Shown piece after piece: positions 10,140 to 19,952 of a DNA stretch of 64,000 bases. A model generated the notes under the pieces. It was not told the DNA's origin. It made no database searches and saw nothing but the letters and a program-made list of their open reading frames with translations. Origin of the DNA: Candidatus Latescibacterota bacterium (GTDB lineage: Bacteria > Latescibacterota > UBA2968 > GCA-2709665). Every line of letters begins with the position of its first letter. Within the stretch, counting starts at the first letter, position 1. The translations under genes were made by a program, and so were the position numbers. Location of the stretch: positions 448,001-512,000 of the forward strand of contig OZ241917.1 of the NCBI GenBank assembly GCA_965203805.1, in the 5' to 3' direction.

Positions 10140-10877
10140 GGCAGCGGTCCCGTGTGGCCACTGGCTCTGTCGACGACAAGAATGGCAGCTTGAGATGAAA
10201 CTGGATTCCCATACTCAGGCAGTGGTGCTTCTCACGGTTTCGTTTGGAACACCCGAAGGGTCGACGGCGAAACCGCTTTCACCGAAAGAATGGTCCCGCC
10301 TCGCGGCGTGGCTGAGGGACCGCAAGCTGGATGCGTCGGCTCTGTTGAAGGGAGACTTGAAGAATGAGCTCTCAGGTTGGATGGATCGTTCGATCACGCT
10401 ATCGAGACTTGAGAGCCTTCTGGATCGTGGGGGAGCGTTCGGCCTGTCCCTCGAGAGATGGCAGCGTACGGGTCTGTGGATCGTTACGCAATCCGATCCG
10501 GAGTATCCTGGACAGTTGAAACGCCGTCTTCGGCTGGATTCTCCATTAGCCCCAGCCGGAAATTGCCACATCTTACCGATGCGTTCACGCACCGGCCCGG
10601 TAATCGAAACTCCCGCGCTTCATGTAGCGCGACGCCGTCGATCGAATTCACTCCCCCGTATAACCCTTTGACGCCCAAACCTTTCTGGCGAGTTCTCGGG
10701 CTTCGAAGGATGGTTCGATGTCGCCGAGGATGCTGGAGGACGGCTGTCCGTCTTTTTTGCGGGCGGGATCGGGCGACCAGTCGTCGTCCTCGTATTGCCT
10801 GCGCACCGATTCGTCGCGGAAGTCGGGCACTTCCACAGGCGCGGAATCGTTCAGCGCCGAACGCCACGCCTGGATGC
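10140..10877 (+). repeat. Near-identical duplicate of 13811-15211 with a ~663-bp internal deletion (recQ end, dprA 5' third, spacer, oxidoreductase 3' end)
   Basis: Offset 3671 up to ~10536, then offset 4334; junction at GGATTCTCCA/GGAATCTCCA microhomology. Confidence 0.92.
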
Positions 10878-11200
10878 AGGCGCGTTCCCTGTTACCCTTG
10901 CTGGGCGGCGAAAAATCACCCGACGAACACCGCGAATTCGTACGGTGCGAGTTTTACGACGCGCTGGACCAGGCCGACGGGACCTTCGCCACGATGTACC
11001 GCGACCGCCGGTACAAACTGGTGGTCTACCACGGGCACGGCCTGGGCGAACTGTATGACCTCGAGGAGGACCCCGGAGAGTTTGACAATCTGTGGGACAA
11101 CCCCGATCACGCCGCCGTGAAACTCGACCTGATGCAACGCAGCTTCGACGCCTCCATGCTCGCCATGGACCGAGGCCCCGATCGCATCGGACCGATGTGA
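10874..11200 (+). pseudogene. C-terminal fragment of a sulfatase-family gene
   Basis: MQARSLLPLL...YKLVVYHG...ELYDLEEDPGEFDNLW; the rest is replaced by the duplicated block. Confidence 0.8.
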
Positions 11201-11444
11201 GGGAGGGGGGGAGAGACCGATCGGTTCGTCCTGTGAAGGTATGTTTCGAATGTGAGGTTGACCGGCAATCCGGTCACGAAGAACCACTACACCCTGTGAA
11301 AGATTCTTGCATTGCCGGAGTAACCAATTGGAAAACGGCACCGTGCCGCGAGCAAGTTGTCACGATCTTTCGTGTTTAAAAGTGGGGTCCTGTATCGGCA
11401 CACGCCGGCAATCATCGTCTAATCTTGATTCGTCATTCTTCGGT

Positions 11445-11490
11445 GACGTCAAATCGAATATACGCAAGTTGATTAAGGCGATTTGACGTC
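11445..11490. promoter_or_regulatory. Perfect 12-bp inverted repeat upstream of recQ (operator or hairpin candidate)
   Basis: GACGTCAAATCG-N22-CGATTTGACGTC. Confidence 0.4.
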
Positions 11491-11764
11491 GGATTTCCAG
11501 GAACCTCCAGGTCGCTGGACGTGAACAAAAAAGTCCATTTGGATGACTTTTTCGGCCCATTTCGAAAGGATTCGTCGCGGCACCGCATTGCGGTTTTTGT
11601 TGAATTAAGGCTAACCGTATCGTTTCTCGAGTTTGAGAAATCCAACGGGTACGCTTATTGCGGTACATGAACCATCCAACACTTACCGAGTAGGCTTGAG
11701 GTCGCCTGCCACAGGCCTGCAAAGTTGCTCGCTGTTCAGCAATTCCAGTGGAGGATGGTTCAAA

Positions 11765-13864
11765 ATGGCTGAGAAATCAGATGCACTCGATCTGCTCAAG
11801 CTGGCGACGGATGAACGAGCCCTCGATTTCAGACAGGGCCAATGGGAAGCCATCGACGCTCTCGTGAACAGGAGGTCGCGACTTCTTGTTGTCGAGCGGA
11901 CAGGATGGGGCAAGAGCTCGGTCTACTTCATCGCGACACGCATACTGCGCAACCGTGGGCGTGGACCGACACTGATTGTCTCTCCTCTCCTCGCCCTGAT
12001 GCGAAATCAGATCGACGCTGCGGATCGCTTGGGGATCCGCGCGCTTACGATCAATTCAGCAAACAGAGAGGACTGGCCGAAAGTTCGGCGTGCCATCCGG
12101 TTGGATGAGGTTGATGCGCTTCTGATTTCACCCGAACGGCTGTCGAACGACGAATTCGTCGATAACGTCCTGTTGACGATTGCCGAGCGAATTGGATTAA
12201 TGGTCGTAGACGAGGCGCATTGCATATCTGATTGGGGTCACGATTTCCGCCCCGACTACAAACGTCTCGTACAAATATTGCAGCGAATCCCTGACAATGT
12301 GCCGATTCTGGGTACGACAGCGACGGCGAATGATCGTGTTGTTGAGGATGTGCGGGCGCAGCTTGGTGATTTGGATGTACAACGCGGGCCCCTCGTGCGT
12401 CGAACACTTGCACTTCAAAACATGCGGTTGCCTTCGCAGGTGGAGCGATTGGCATGGTTGGCGGATCACATCGATGCTTTGCCTGGAACGGGAATCATCT
12501 ATACCCTGACCAGGCGCGACGCGAACCAGGTTGCAAACTGGCTGCAGATTCGGGGAATTTCAGCGAAAGCGTACTACAGTGGTGTGGTGAGTGACGAATT
12601 CAAGGGCTCGAATGCCTATCGTCTGCACCTGGAAAAAAAGCTGCTTCGCAATGAGATTAAGGCATTGGTGGCCACGACGGCGCTTGGGATGGGATACGAC
12701 AAGCCGGACCTGGGTTTCGTGGTCCACTACCAGGCGCCGGGCTCAATTGTCGCCTATTACCAACAGGTTGGTCGAGCGGGTCGCGCCATTGAGTCCGCGA
12801 TTGGAATATTGATGTCCGGAGATGAGGACGCCGTCATTCATGAGTTTTTTCGACGAAGTTCCTTTCCGGAGGAAGAGTGGACAATCGAGATACTTGGCGT
12901 CCTGGAAGAAAGCGACGGCTTACGCGTCCGCCAACTCGAGGAGGCAGTTAACCTGATGCGCGGTCAAATTGATCAGGCGCTCAAATTTCTGTCGGTAGAC
13001 AGCCCCGCACCTGTCATCAAATCAGGTTACAATTGGCAACGAACGCCGGTTCACTATCAGATGGACCGCGAACAGATCCGGAGACTGACGGAAAAACGTG
13101 AGATCGAGTGGCAGGAGGTGCAGGAATACATCGAAGAAGACCGGTGCCTGATGGAATTCCTCACCCGGGCGCTTGATGACGTGGACCCCCATCCCTGTGG
13201 CAAGTGTGCTTCATGCCTGCGCCGACCGCTTGTCGAGGTGTCCTTTCAACGCGATACAGCGATTGCGGCTTCCCGTTTCCTTCGTCAATCCGAACTTGAC
13301 TTGGAATGCAACAGGCAAGTCGCACGGAATGGGTTCCCGCAGTACGGTTTTCGCGGAAATATGTCCGGTGACCTTCGAGCCGAAAAGGGACGAATCCTCT
13401 CCCGATGGGGCGACGCCGGCTGGGGACAACTGGTCGCCGACAACAAGCACGGCGGCCACTTTAGCGACGACATCGTAGCCGCGGTCGTGGAGATGATCAA
13501 CGATCGTTGGAAGCCATCACCGACCCCGAAGTGGGTCACGTGCGTCCCATCCCGAAACCATCCGGACCTCGTCCCTGACTACGCGAAGCGGTTGGCGGCG
13601 GCATTGGGATTGGAATTCAGGCCGGTTGTCGAGAAGGTGAAGGACAACGAGCCGCAAAAGCTGCAGCAGAACAGGTACCATCAGTGCAGGAATCTCGATG
13701 GCGTATTCGCGATCCACGGGTTCGTCCCGGGAGACCCGGTTCTTCTGGTCGACGACGTCGTCGACTCCGGATGGACGTTGACTGTCATCGCAGCGTTGCT
13801 TCGAATGGCCGGCAGCGGTCCCGTGTGGCCACTGGCTCTGTCGACGACAAGAATGGCAGCTTGA
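11765..13864 (+). CDS. recQ: RecQ-family helicase with C-terminal ComF-like phosphoribosyltransferase domain
   Basis: TGWGKS, DEAHCISDWGHDFRP, TATA, QQVGRAGR, CGKCASC zinc site, VLLVDDVVDSGWT PRPP-binding loop; ATG 11765 after GGAGG. Confidence 0.93.
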   Translation: MAEKSDALDLLKLATDERALDFRQGQWEAIDALVNRRSRLLVVERTGWGKSSVYFIATRILRNRGRGPTLIVSPLLALMRNQIDAADRLGIRALTINSANREDWPKVRRAIRLDEVDALLISPERLSNDEFVDNVLLTIAERIGLMVVDEAHCISDWGHDFRPDYKRLVQILQRIPDNVPILGTTATANDRVVEDVRAQLGDLDVQRGPLVRRTLALQNMRLPSQVERLAWLADHIDALPGTGIIYTLTRRDANQVANWLQIRGISAKAYYSGVVSDEFKGSNAYRLHLEKKLLRNEIKALVATTALGMGYDKPDLGFVVHYQAPGSIVAYYQQVGRAGRAIESAIGILMSGDEDAVIHEFFRRSSFPEEEWTIEILGVLEESDGLRVRQLEEAVNLMRGQIDQALKFLSVDSPAPVIKSGYNWQRTPVHYQMDREQIRRLTEKREIEWQEVQEYIEEDRCLMEFLTRALDDVDPHPCGKCASCLRRPLVEVSFQRDTAIAASRFLRQSELDLECNRQVARNGFPQYGFRGNMSGDLRAEKGRILSRWGDAGWGQLVADNKHGGHFSDDIVAAVVEMINDRWKPSPTPKWVTCVPSRNHPDLVPDYAKRLAAALGLEFRPVVEKVKDNEPQKLQQNRYHQCRNLDGVFAIHGFVPGDPVLLVDDVVDSGWTLTVIAALLRMAGSGPVWPLALSTTRMAA

Positions 13865-13865
13865 G

Positions 13866-14825
13866 ATGAAACTGGATTCCCATACTCAGGCAGTGGTGCT
13901 TCTCACGGTTTCGTTTGGAACACCCGAAGGGTCGACGGCGAAACCGCTTTCACCGAAAGAATGGGCCCGCCTCGCGGCGTGGCTGAGGGACCGCAAGCTG
14001 GATGCGTCGGCTCTGTTGAAGGGAGACTTGAAGAATGAGCTCTCAGGTTGGATGGATCGTTCGATCACGCTATCGAGACTTGAGAGCCTTCTGGATCGTG
14101 GGGGAGCGTTCGGCCTGTCCCTCGAGAGATGGCAGCGTACGGGTCTGTGGATCGTTACGCAATCCGATCCGGAGTATCCTGGACAGTTGAAGCGCCGTCT
14201 TGGGCTGGAATCTCCACCCGTGTTGTTCGGCTGCGGAAACAAGATGCTGCTTCCGCGCGGCGGCATCGCTGTCGCCGGCTCTCGAAATGCGTGCCGAGAG
14301 GACCTCACTTTCGCGCGGAGAGTGGGCGCCGCCGCCGCCCGGAAGGGCTTCTCGATCGTATCGGGCGGAGCCCGCGGGGTCGACCAGAGCGCAATGTTGG
14401 GCACACTGGAGAACGAAGGCACCGGAGTCGGCGTTCTGGCAGACAATTTGATACGGGCGGCGACGTCGGCAAAATACCGCAAGTTTCTTGTTTCACGCGA
14501 TTTGGTGCTGGTAACCCCGTTCAATCCGGAAGCGGGATTCAACGTCGGCAACGCGATGCGCCGAAACCGGTATATCTATTGCCTGTCCGAAGCTGGAATC
14601 GTGGTCAGCAGCGCGCCGAACCGGGGGGGCACCTGGAATGGCGCACTCGAAAACCTGAAAGCCGCCTGGGTTCCCCTTTGGGTCAAACGCACGGATGACA
14701 GGAAGTCAGGCAATGCAAGTCTTGTCGAGAGGGGCGCGCGGTGGATTCCCGACAAATTAGAGACGCTTGAAAACCTGATTCGCGATTCGACATCCGGGCC
14801 CGCTGCAGCGCCCCGGCTCTTTTAG
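13866..14825 (+). CDS. dprA: DprA/SMF (SLOG-fold) protein coupled to recQ
   Basis: AGSR, VSGGARGVD, RNRYIY, GGTW; starts 1 nt after the recQ stop. Confidence 0.92.
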   Translation: MKLDSHTQAVVLLTVSFGTPEGSTAKPLSPKEWARLAAWLRDRKLDASALLKGDLKNELSGWMDRSITLSRLESLLDRGGAFGLSLERWQRTGLWIVTQSDPEYPGQLKRRLGLESPPVLFGCGNKMLLPRGGIAVAGSRNACREDLTFARRVGAAAARKGFSIVSGGARGVDQSAMLGTLENEGTGVGVLADNLIRAATSAKYRKFLVSRDLVLVTPFNPEAGFNVGNAMRRNRYIYCLSEAGIVVSSAPNRGGTWNGALENLKAAWVPLWVKRTDDRKSGNASLVERGARWIPDKLETLENLIRDSTSGPAAAPRLF

Positions 14826-14981
14826 CGCACCCGCAATTCCCTTCCTTTTTTCGAGTCGGCCAACCTCCAGGATTCTCCATTCGCCCCAGCCGGAATTTGC
14901 CACATCTTACAGATGCGTTCACGCACCGGCCCGGTAATCGAAACTCCCGCGTTTCATGTAGCGCGACGCCGTCGATCGAAT

Positions 14982-16241
14982 TCACTCCCCCGTATAACCC
15001 TTTGACGCCCAAACCTTTCTGGCGAGTTCTCGGGCTTCGGCGGATGGTTCGATGTCGCCGAGGATGCTGGAGGACGGCTGTCCGTCTTTTTTGCGGGCGG
15101 GGTCGGGCGACCAGTCGTCGTCCTCGTATTGCCTGCGCACCGATTCGTCGCGGAAGTCGGGCACTTCCACAGGCGCGGAATCGTTAAGCGCCGAACGCCA
15201 CGCCTGGATGCCGGCGATGCTCATATCGAGCCCCCTGTACACATCCAGATAGGGCTGTTCGCCCGTGCGGATTGCCTCGGCAAAGTGCCAGGAGGTGAAG
15301 AAGTCGCCGCCGCCGTGCCCGGCGCGGGTCGCCCTGTCGTGATGGACGGGGAAGTCGGGTTTGTACACGGTTTCGACGGGCTCGCCCTTACGCTTTTCCC
15401 ACGGTTCGCGCCAGACCCGCAGCCGCTGCCTGTCGCCGTGGCGGCAGTTCTCCATCACCCCCTTGTTGCCGTGGATGCGGACGTAGTTGCCGTGACCGCG
15501 CAGCCCGCCGTGAAGTGACTTCATCACCGCGTCGTTGTCCATCCGGCAGATGATCACCGCGGCGGTGTCGGATCGCTTCATGTGCAGCGTCTGCGAGGGG
15601 TCTGCGAAATCGAAGGGGATGACGAATCCATTCACTTTCGTGGGTCTCGTGTCGGTGATGTACATGACCGGCGCGATGGAATGCGTGCAATAATACGTGG
15701 CCGGGGTCCAGTTGCGCCAGTGGTCTCGCCCGCAGCTTCGACCCAGTTTCACTTCGGGCGGATCCGGGTGGACGTATTCGCCCTCGCCGTATTTGAACTC
15801 GCCCACGCGTCCTTCCTGATAGAGCCGCTTCATCTCCTGGTTGAAGACCATGTAGGGGTAGTTCTCGGCGAACATGTAAATCCTGCCGCTTTTTTCGACC
15901 GCCCTGGCCAGCGCGACCCCTTCGCCCAGGGTGTGGCAGGCTGCGGTCTCACTCATCACGTGTTTCCCGGCGTTGAGTGCCTTGATGGCAAACGGGGCGT
16001 GCTCGTGGAAATAGTTCGCCAGCACGACCGCGTCCATGTCGCAGCCCAGGAAGTCGTCGTAGTCGACGAAAGTCCGGACATTCAGTGTTTCTCCCTCCGC
16101 CATCAGCCGCTCTTCCCAGGTGTCGCAAATTGCAACAAGCGCCATCCCGGTCGCCCCGGCCGCACGCGCAAACGAACGCCCGCGGCCGACGCCGACCACG
16201 CCGACCCGGATTTTCCGGTTTTCACCTTCATTGGCCATCAT
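14982..16241 (-). CDS. Gfo/Idh/MocA oxidoreductase
   Basis: VGVVGVGRG, GKHVMSE, YMFAENY, GHGGGD. Confidence 0.92.
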   Translation of the reverse strand: MMANEGENRKIRVGVVGVGRGRSFARAAGATGMALVAICDTWEERLMAEGETLNVRTFVDYDDFLGCDMDAVVLANYFHEHAPFAIKALNAGKHVMSETAACHTLGEGVALARAVEKSGRIYMFAENYPYMVFNQEMKRLYQEGRVGEFKYGEGEYVHPDPPEVKLGRSCGRDHWRNWTPATYYCTHSIAPVMYITDTRPTKVNGFVIPFDFADPSQTLHMKRSDTAAVIICRMDNDAVMKSLHGGLRGHGNYVRIHGNKGVMENCRHGDRQRLRVWREPWEKRKGEPVETVYKPDFPVHHDRATRAGHGGGDFFTSWHFAEAIRTGEQPYLDVYRGLDMSIAGIQAWRSALNDSAPVEVPDFRDESVRRQYEDDDWSPDPARKKDGQPSSSILGDIEPSAEARELARKVWASKGYTGE

Positions 16242-16479
16242 TCAATCCCTTACAATGTGCAGCGGAATTCGTGAATCGGGAATGGCATCTCCGATCCACA
16301 CGAAAATCGCCCCCATTCCCTCGCGATATTCCGAATTTACGTCCGGTCTTCATCTGGCGCAATCACACTTTTGTTGTTACAATAGTGCATACCTCGCCGA
16401 ATCCGGCTTTTGGCCTCACAGCATCGTTACTCAGGGCTACTGTGAGGTTTTATCGAGACGTTAAAAGAGGAAGAGTAAG

Positions 16480-17298
16480 ATGGGAACCGGCACGAAAACG
16501 GGTTCCGGACTGAGCCCGTCGCAAAAGTACTTCTTCGACGTCAACGGCTATGTGTTGCTTCATGGGATTTTCGGTCCGGAAGAATGTGGCCGTCTGATTG
16601 ATCTTGCGGACAGGATGGACGCCGATGATACATGCGCGTACAAGCACGACGGCTATCCGAAGACCGCGACGCTGACCGTACTCTCCCGGTGCGCCTGGTA
16701 TGATCCGTACTTGCTGGAGACCGCCTTGCACCCCGTCCTGCTCCCGATCATCGAGGAGGTCGTGGGCGGTGACGTGCGCCTGGAAGAGCATCAGTTCCTG
16801 ATCAATTATCCGGATGAGCCGCGCGGCGATGCCGACCAGCCCTCCTGCAATGTGGCCAATGAGGGGTGGCACCGGGGTATCGCCCCGAATGTGGGAAGTT
16901 TTGACGCAGATGAACACTACCACTGTATGTTCAGCAAAGCCTTCATCTACCTGACCGACAACGGTCCCGGGGAGGGGACGTGGGTGGTGCCGGGAAGCCA
17001 TCGCATGAATATGCCCATGGCAACGCTGCGCGAATTCATGGACGAAACCCTGGCGCGGCAATTGGGATCCCGGGCGGGCGACGTCCTCATCCTGAGCGAA
17101 ACGCTCATCCACGCCGGCCCCCGGTTGGGCGCAGGCGCGCAACCGCGGTATTCGCTCGTGTACGGATATACGCCGCCGTTCATGCAGACGTGGAATCGCT
17201 ACGATCCGCCGGCTGATCTGCTTGAGCGGGTGACGCCCGAACAACGGCGCCTGCTGACGGGTGAACTCCGATACGCATTCCGCCGGGGGCAGTTCTGA
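16480..17298 (+). CDS. Phytanoyl-CoA dioxygenase (PhyH) family protein
   Basis: FFDVNGY, WH, VVPGSH, AGDVLILSETLIH. Confidence 0.88.
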   Translation: MGTGTKTGSGLSPSQKYFFDVNGYVLLHGIFGPEECGRLIDLADRMDADDTCAYKHDGYPKTATLTVLSRCAWYDPYLLETALHPVLLPIIEEVVGGDVRLEEHQFLINYPDEPRGDADQPSCNVANEGWHRGIAPNVGSFDADEHYHCMFSKAFIYLTDNGPGEGTWVVPGSHRMNMPMATLREFMDETLARQLGSRAGDVLILSETLIHAGPRLGAGAQPRYSLVYGYTPPFMQTWNRYDPPADLLERVTPEQRRLLTGELRYAFRRGQF

Positions 17299-17332
17299 GG
17301 ATCGGCGGGAAACCCCAAACGATTGGTAATCA

Positions 17333-18361
17333 ATGCCCCTTGGAGTCGCATTGCTGGGAACCGGCCGCATCGGCGGCAGTTATATCGACGTGGTGAAGAA
17401 GACGCCCGGCGCCGATATCAGGATTGTCGCGGAGCCGAGGGAAGATGCCGCGGCACGCTGGCAGAACCGGCATCCCGACGTCGACTTTGTGGCAGACTAC
17501 CGGGAATGCCTGGAACGCGACGACGTTGACGTCGTCATCGGAACCCTGCCGCACTGGCTCCATCACCAGGCGGCGATGGATGCCGCGGCCGCCGGCAAAC
17601 ACATCTACATGGAGAAACCGCTCGCGGCCTGGGCCTGGCAGGCCGAGGAGATGCTGGAGGCGGCGAGGGAGAACGGCGTCAAGCTCATGACCGCCCACAC
17701 CCAGCGCTATTTCCCGGCCGTCAGGGCGATGAAAGTTGTCGTGGACCGCGGCAACCTGGGGTCGCTGATTATGGCGTACGACATGTGGCACAAGCCCTAT
17801 GTTCCGTACAACCGGCCGGCGTGGATGCTGGAACGCGAACGGGGCGGCGGCATGGGACAGATGGACGGCACCCACCAGATCGACCGGCTGCTCTGGATCA
17901 TCGGGAACGACGTCGCGACGGTCTCGGCGCAGCAGGGGCAGTTTACCCATCCGAGATCGGAACATCCGAAAATCGATTGCGACGACACAGGCATGTACTT
18001 CATCCGGTGGACGAGCGGCGTGGTGGCAACGGTCAGCCGCATCGCGTGGGAGCGCGGGGCAACGGAGTACGGCGGCGACTGGTTTTTCACGGATGGTATG
18101 GCGCGTTTCCGATTGCCGTACGGCGGGGGTGATCCGCCGGGGTTGTTCATCGCCGACACAGGCGACGGGACCTGGCGGCGCGAGCCCGTTCCCGCTCGCG
18201 ACAGCCTGCTGGACGAGTTCACCGATTTCATCGGGTCGCTCGAGCGTGGCGACGAGGATACACCGATACCCCAGGTTCATGGACTCAACGTGCTCAAGGT
18301 CCTGGAAGCTACCGAATCGTCCGCGCGGACCGGGCGCGAAGTGGTCCTGGACCTGGCGTAG
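17333..18361 (+). CDS. Gfo/Idh/MocA oxidoreductase
   Basis: LGTGRIG, GKHIYMEKP, DGTHQID. Confidence 0.92.
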   Translation: MPLGVALLGTGRIGGSYIDVVKKTPGADIRIVAEPREDAAARWQNRHPDVDFVADYRECLERDDVDVVIGTLPHWLHHQAAMDAAAAGKHIYMEKPLAAWAWQAEEMLEAARENGVKLMTAHTQRYFPAVRAMKVVVDRGNLGSLIMAYDMWHKPYVPYNRPAWMLERERGGGMGQMDGTHQIDRLLWIIGNDVATVSAQQGQFTHPRSEHPKIDCDDTGMYFIRWTSGVVATVSRIAWERGATEYGGDWFFTDGMARFRLPYGGGDPPGLFIADTGDGTWRREPVPARDSLLDEFTDFIGSLERGDEDTPIPQVHGLNVLKVLEATESSARTGREVVLDLA

Positions 18362-18376
18362 GAAGGAGAGGGTAAA

Positions 18377-19117
18377 ATGAACGACATACGGGCATTTTTC
18401 GAGGAAAACGGCTTCTACCTTGCCAGAGGCGTCTTTTCTCAGGATGAATTGGGCCGGCTGGAAGACGAATTCGATCGAATTGTGCGTCAAATCGGCAAGG
18501 AAGACAAGAATGGCTCCGCAAACGGCAACGGTGTCATCAGCACCCGCAACGTGCAGCAGTATTCCGGTCTGTGGATGGCCGCCCTGCTTCAGATAAAATT
18601 CCTCGACATTGTCGAACGGCTCATCGGTCCGGATATCGTCCTCAATCATTCCACGCTCTTCGAGAAGCGGATGACAACCGCAAAAACACCCTTCCACATG
18701 CACCAGGACTGGAGCTACCTGCCGACCCGGATGAACACCATGATTGCCGGCATGATCCATGTCAGCGAGGCCACGGAGGAAATGGGCTGCCTCAGAGTCT
18801 ATCCCGGCTCCCACAGACACGGCCGGGTGGAAGGCTCTACCGCGACGAATGCGGCGTTCCACGAACAGTTTCCGTTTGAGGGGTCCACGGCGATTGAAGC
18901 ACGCCCGGGCGACGTCACGTTTTTTGACTACTTCATTGTTCATGGCTCGCGGTCCAACCGCTCTGAAACGCCGAGGAAGGTGGTGATCGCGCGGATGTTT
19001 TCCGGCAGGGACCGGAAGGAAGACATCCATCAGTTCAGCGAAAACCTGGTGCTGCGCGGGTGGAATTATCATACGACCACCGCCACGGCCAGGAAAACGG
19101 TATTGAAGTCTGCGTGA
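18377..19117 (+). CDS. PhyH-family Fe(II)/2-oxoglutarate dioxygenase
   Basis: FFEENGF, HQD, YPGSH, HGSRSNRS. Confidence 0.92.
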   Translation: MNDIRAFFEENGFYLARGVFSQDELGRLEDEFDRIVRQIGKEDKNGSANGNGVISTRNVQQYSGLWMAALLQIKFLDIVERLIGPDIVLNHSTLFEKRMTTAKTPFHMHQDWSYLPTRMNTMIAGMIHVSEATEEMGCLRVYPGSHRHGRVEGSTATNAAFHEQFPFEGSTAIEARPGDVTFFDYFIVHGSRSNRSETPRKVVIARMFSGRDRKEDIHQFSENLVLRGWNYHTTTATARKTVLKSA

Positions 19118-19331
19118 TTCACCGCCTGACCGGGCGCGGTGGTCCCTCACAGTCACCACCCGGTCTTCCGGTTACCGGTTGAAATATTAATTTTTTAATT
19201 GATCGGACGACGACATTTCCATATATTAAATTATCAATGGATATAAAACGCTACAGTAAATGCTTGGTCAGACTGGCGGCCGTCGAGACATAACAGGTCT
19301 CGCCAACGTGTGACAGGCACATCTCGCTCAT

Positions 19332-19930
19332 GTTATTGCAAACCATGTCATTCTGAGCGCAGCGAAGAATCTCCCGTCTTCTCGATCGTCCCGACGCAGA
19401 AACGCAGGAAATACATCTGCGCGGACTCATCACCGGTTTGGCGGCCTCGTCAGGATGACAGTACTGGAAAACGTGTAACAGCCACATTTTCCAAATGGTT
19501 ATTGCAAAACATGTCATTCTGAGTAAACTCGAGGTTCGCATATCGAAACGTGGTCATTGCCTGTGCTGAGCTTGCCGAAGTAAGCTTGTCGAAATGCCCG
19601 TATTTCTGGATCCCGTCGACACTCGCGCCACTCTGCCCGGCCCGTGGAGGCGTAAACGTGCCGCCTGCCAGGCTCGGGGCACGTGCAAGTCAATTTGATG
19701 CGAACCGATGCCGCAGTAGATCCTTCGTCAGCCGGCCAGCCGATGACCCTCTGGCAGGCCGGCTGACGAAGGATGACAGTTTGGGCTAGCGAATGACGGA
19801 TACATTTCGACGACGGTTATTGCAAAACATGTCATTCTGAGCGCAGCGAAGAATCTCCCGTCTTCTCGATCGTCCTGACGCAGAAACGCAGGAAATACAT
19901 CTGCGCGGAGAAATCGTCTTCGGCGAGGCG
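19332..19930. repeat. Composite REP/BIME-like cluster (TGTCATTCTGAGCG-AGCGAAGAATCTC family; ~166-bp unit plus long hairpin at 19720-19774)
   Basis: GTTATTGCAAA-CATGTCATTCTGAG at 19332, 19498 and 19816; closing CAGGATGACA; hairpin ATCCTTCGTCAGCCGGCC/GGCCGGCTGACGAAGGAT. Confidence 0.85.
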
Positions 19931-19952
19931 GCCAGGCATAAGGAGGTCCGAA

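Noticed and set aside
10048-10671. 207-aa and overlapping ORFs as novel proteins
   Set aside because: They are chimeras produced by the duplication and deletion junctions
17330-19159. Long antisense ORFs (also 40699-41880, 46722-48281, 54378-55949, 59732-61411)
   Set aside because: Shadow frames opposite well-supported genes in GC-rich DNA, with no recognisable motifs
19332-19930. CRISPR array
   Set aside because: Units are ~166 bp, irregular and lack unique 30-40-nt spacers; no cas genes in the window
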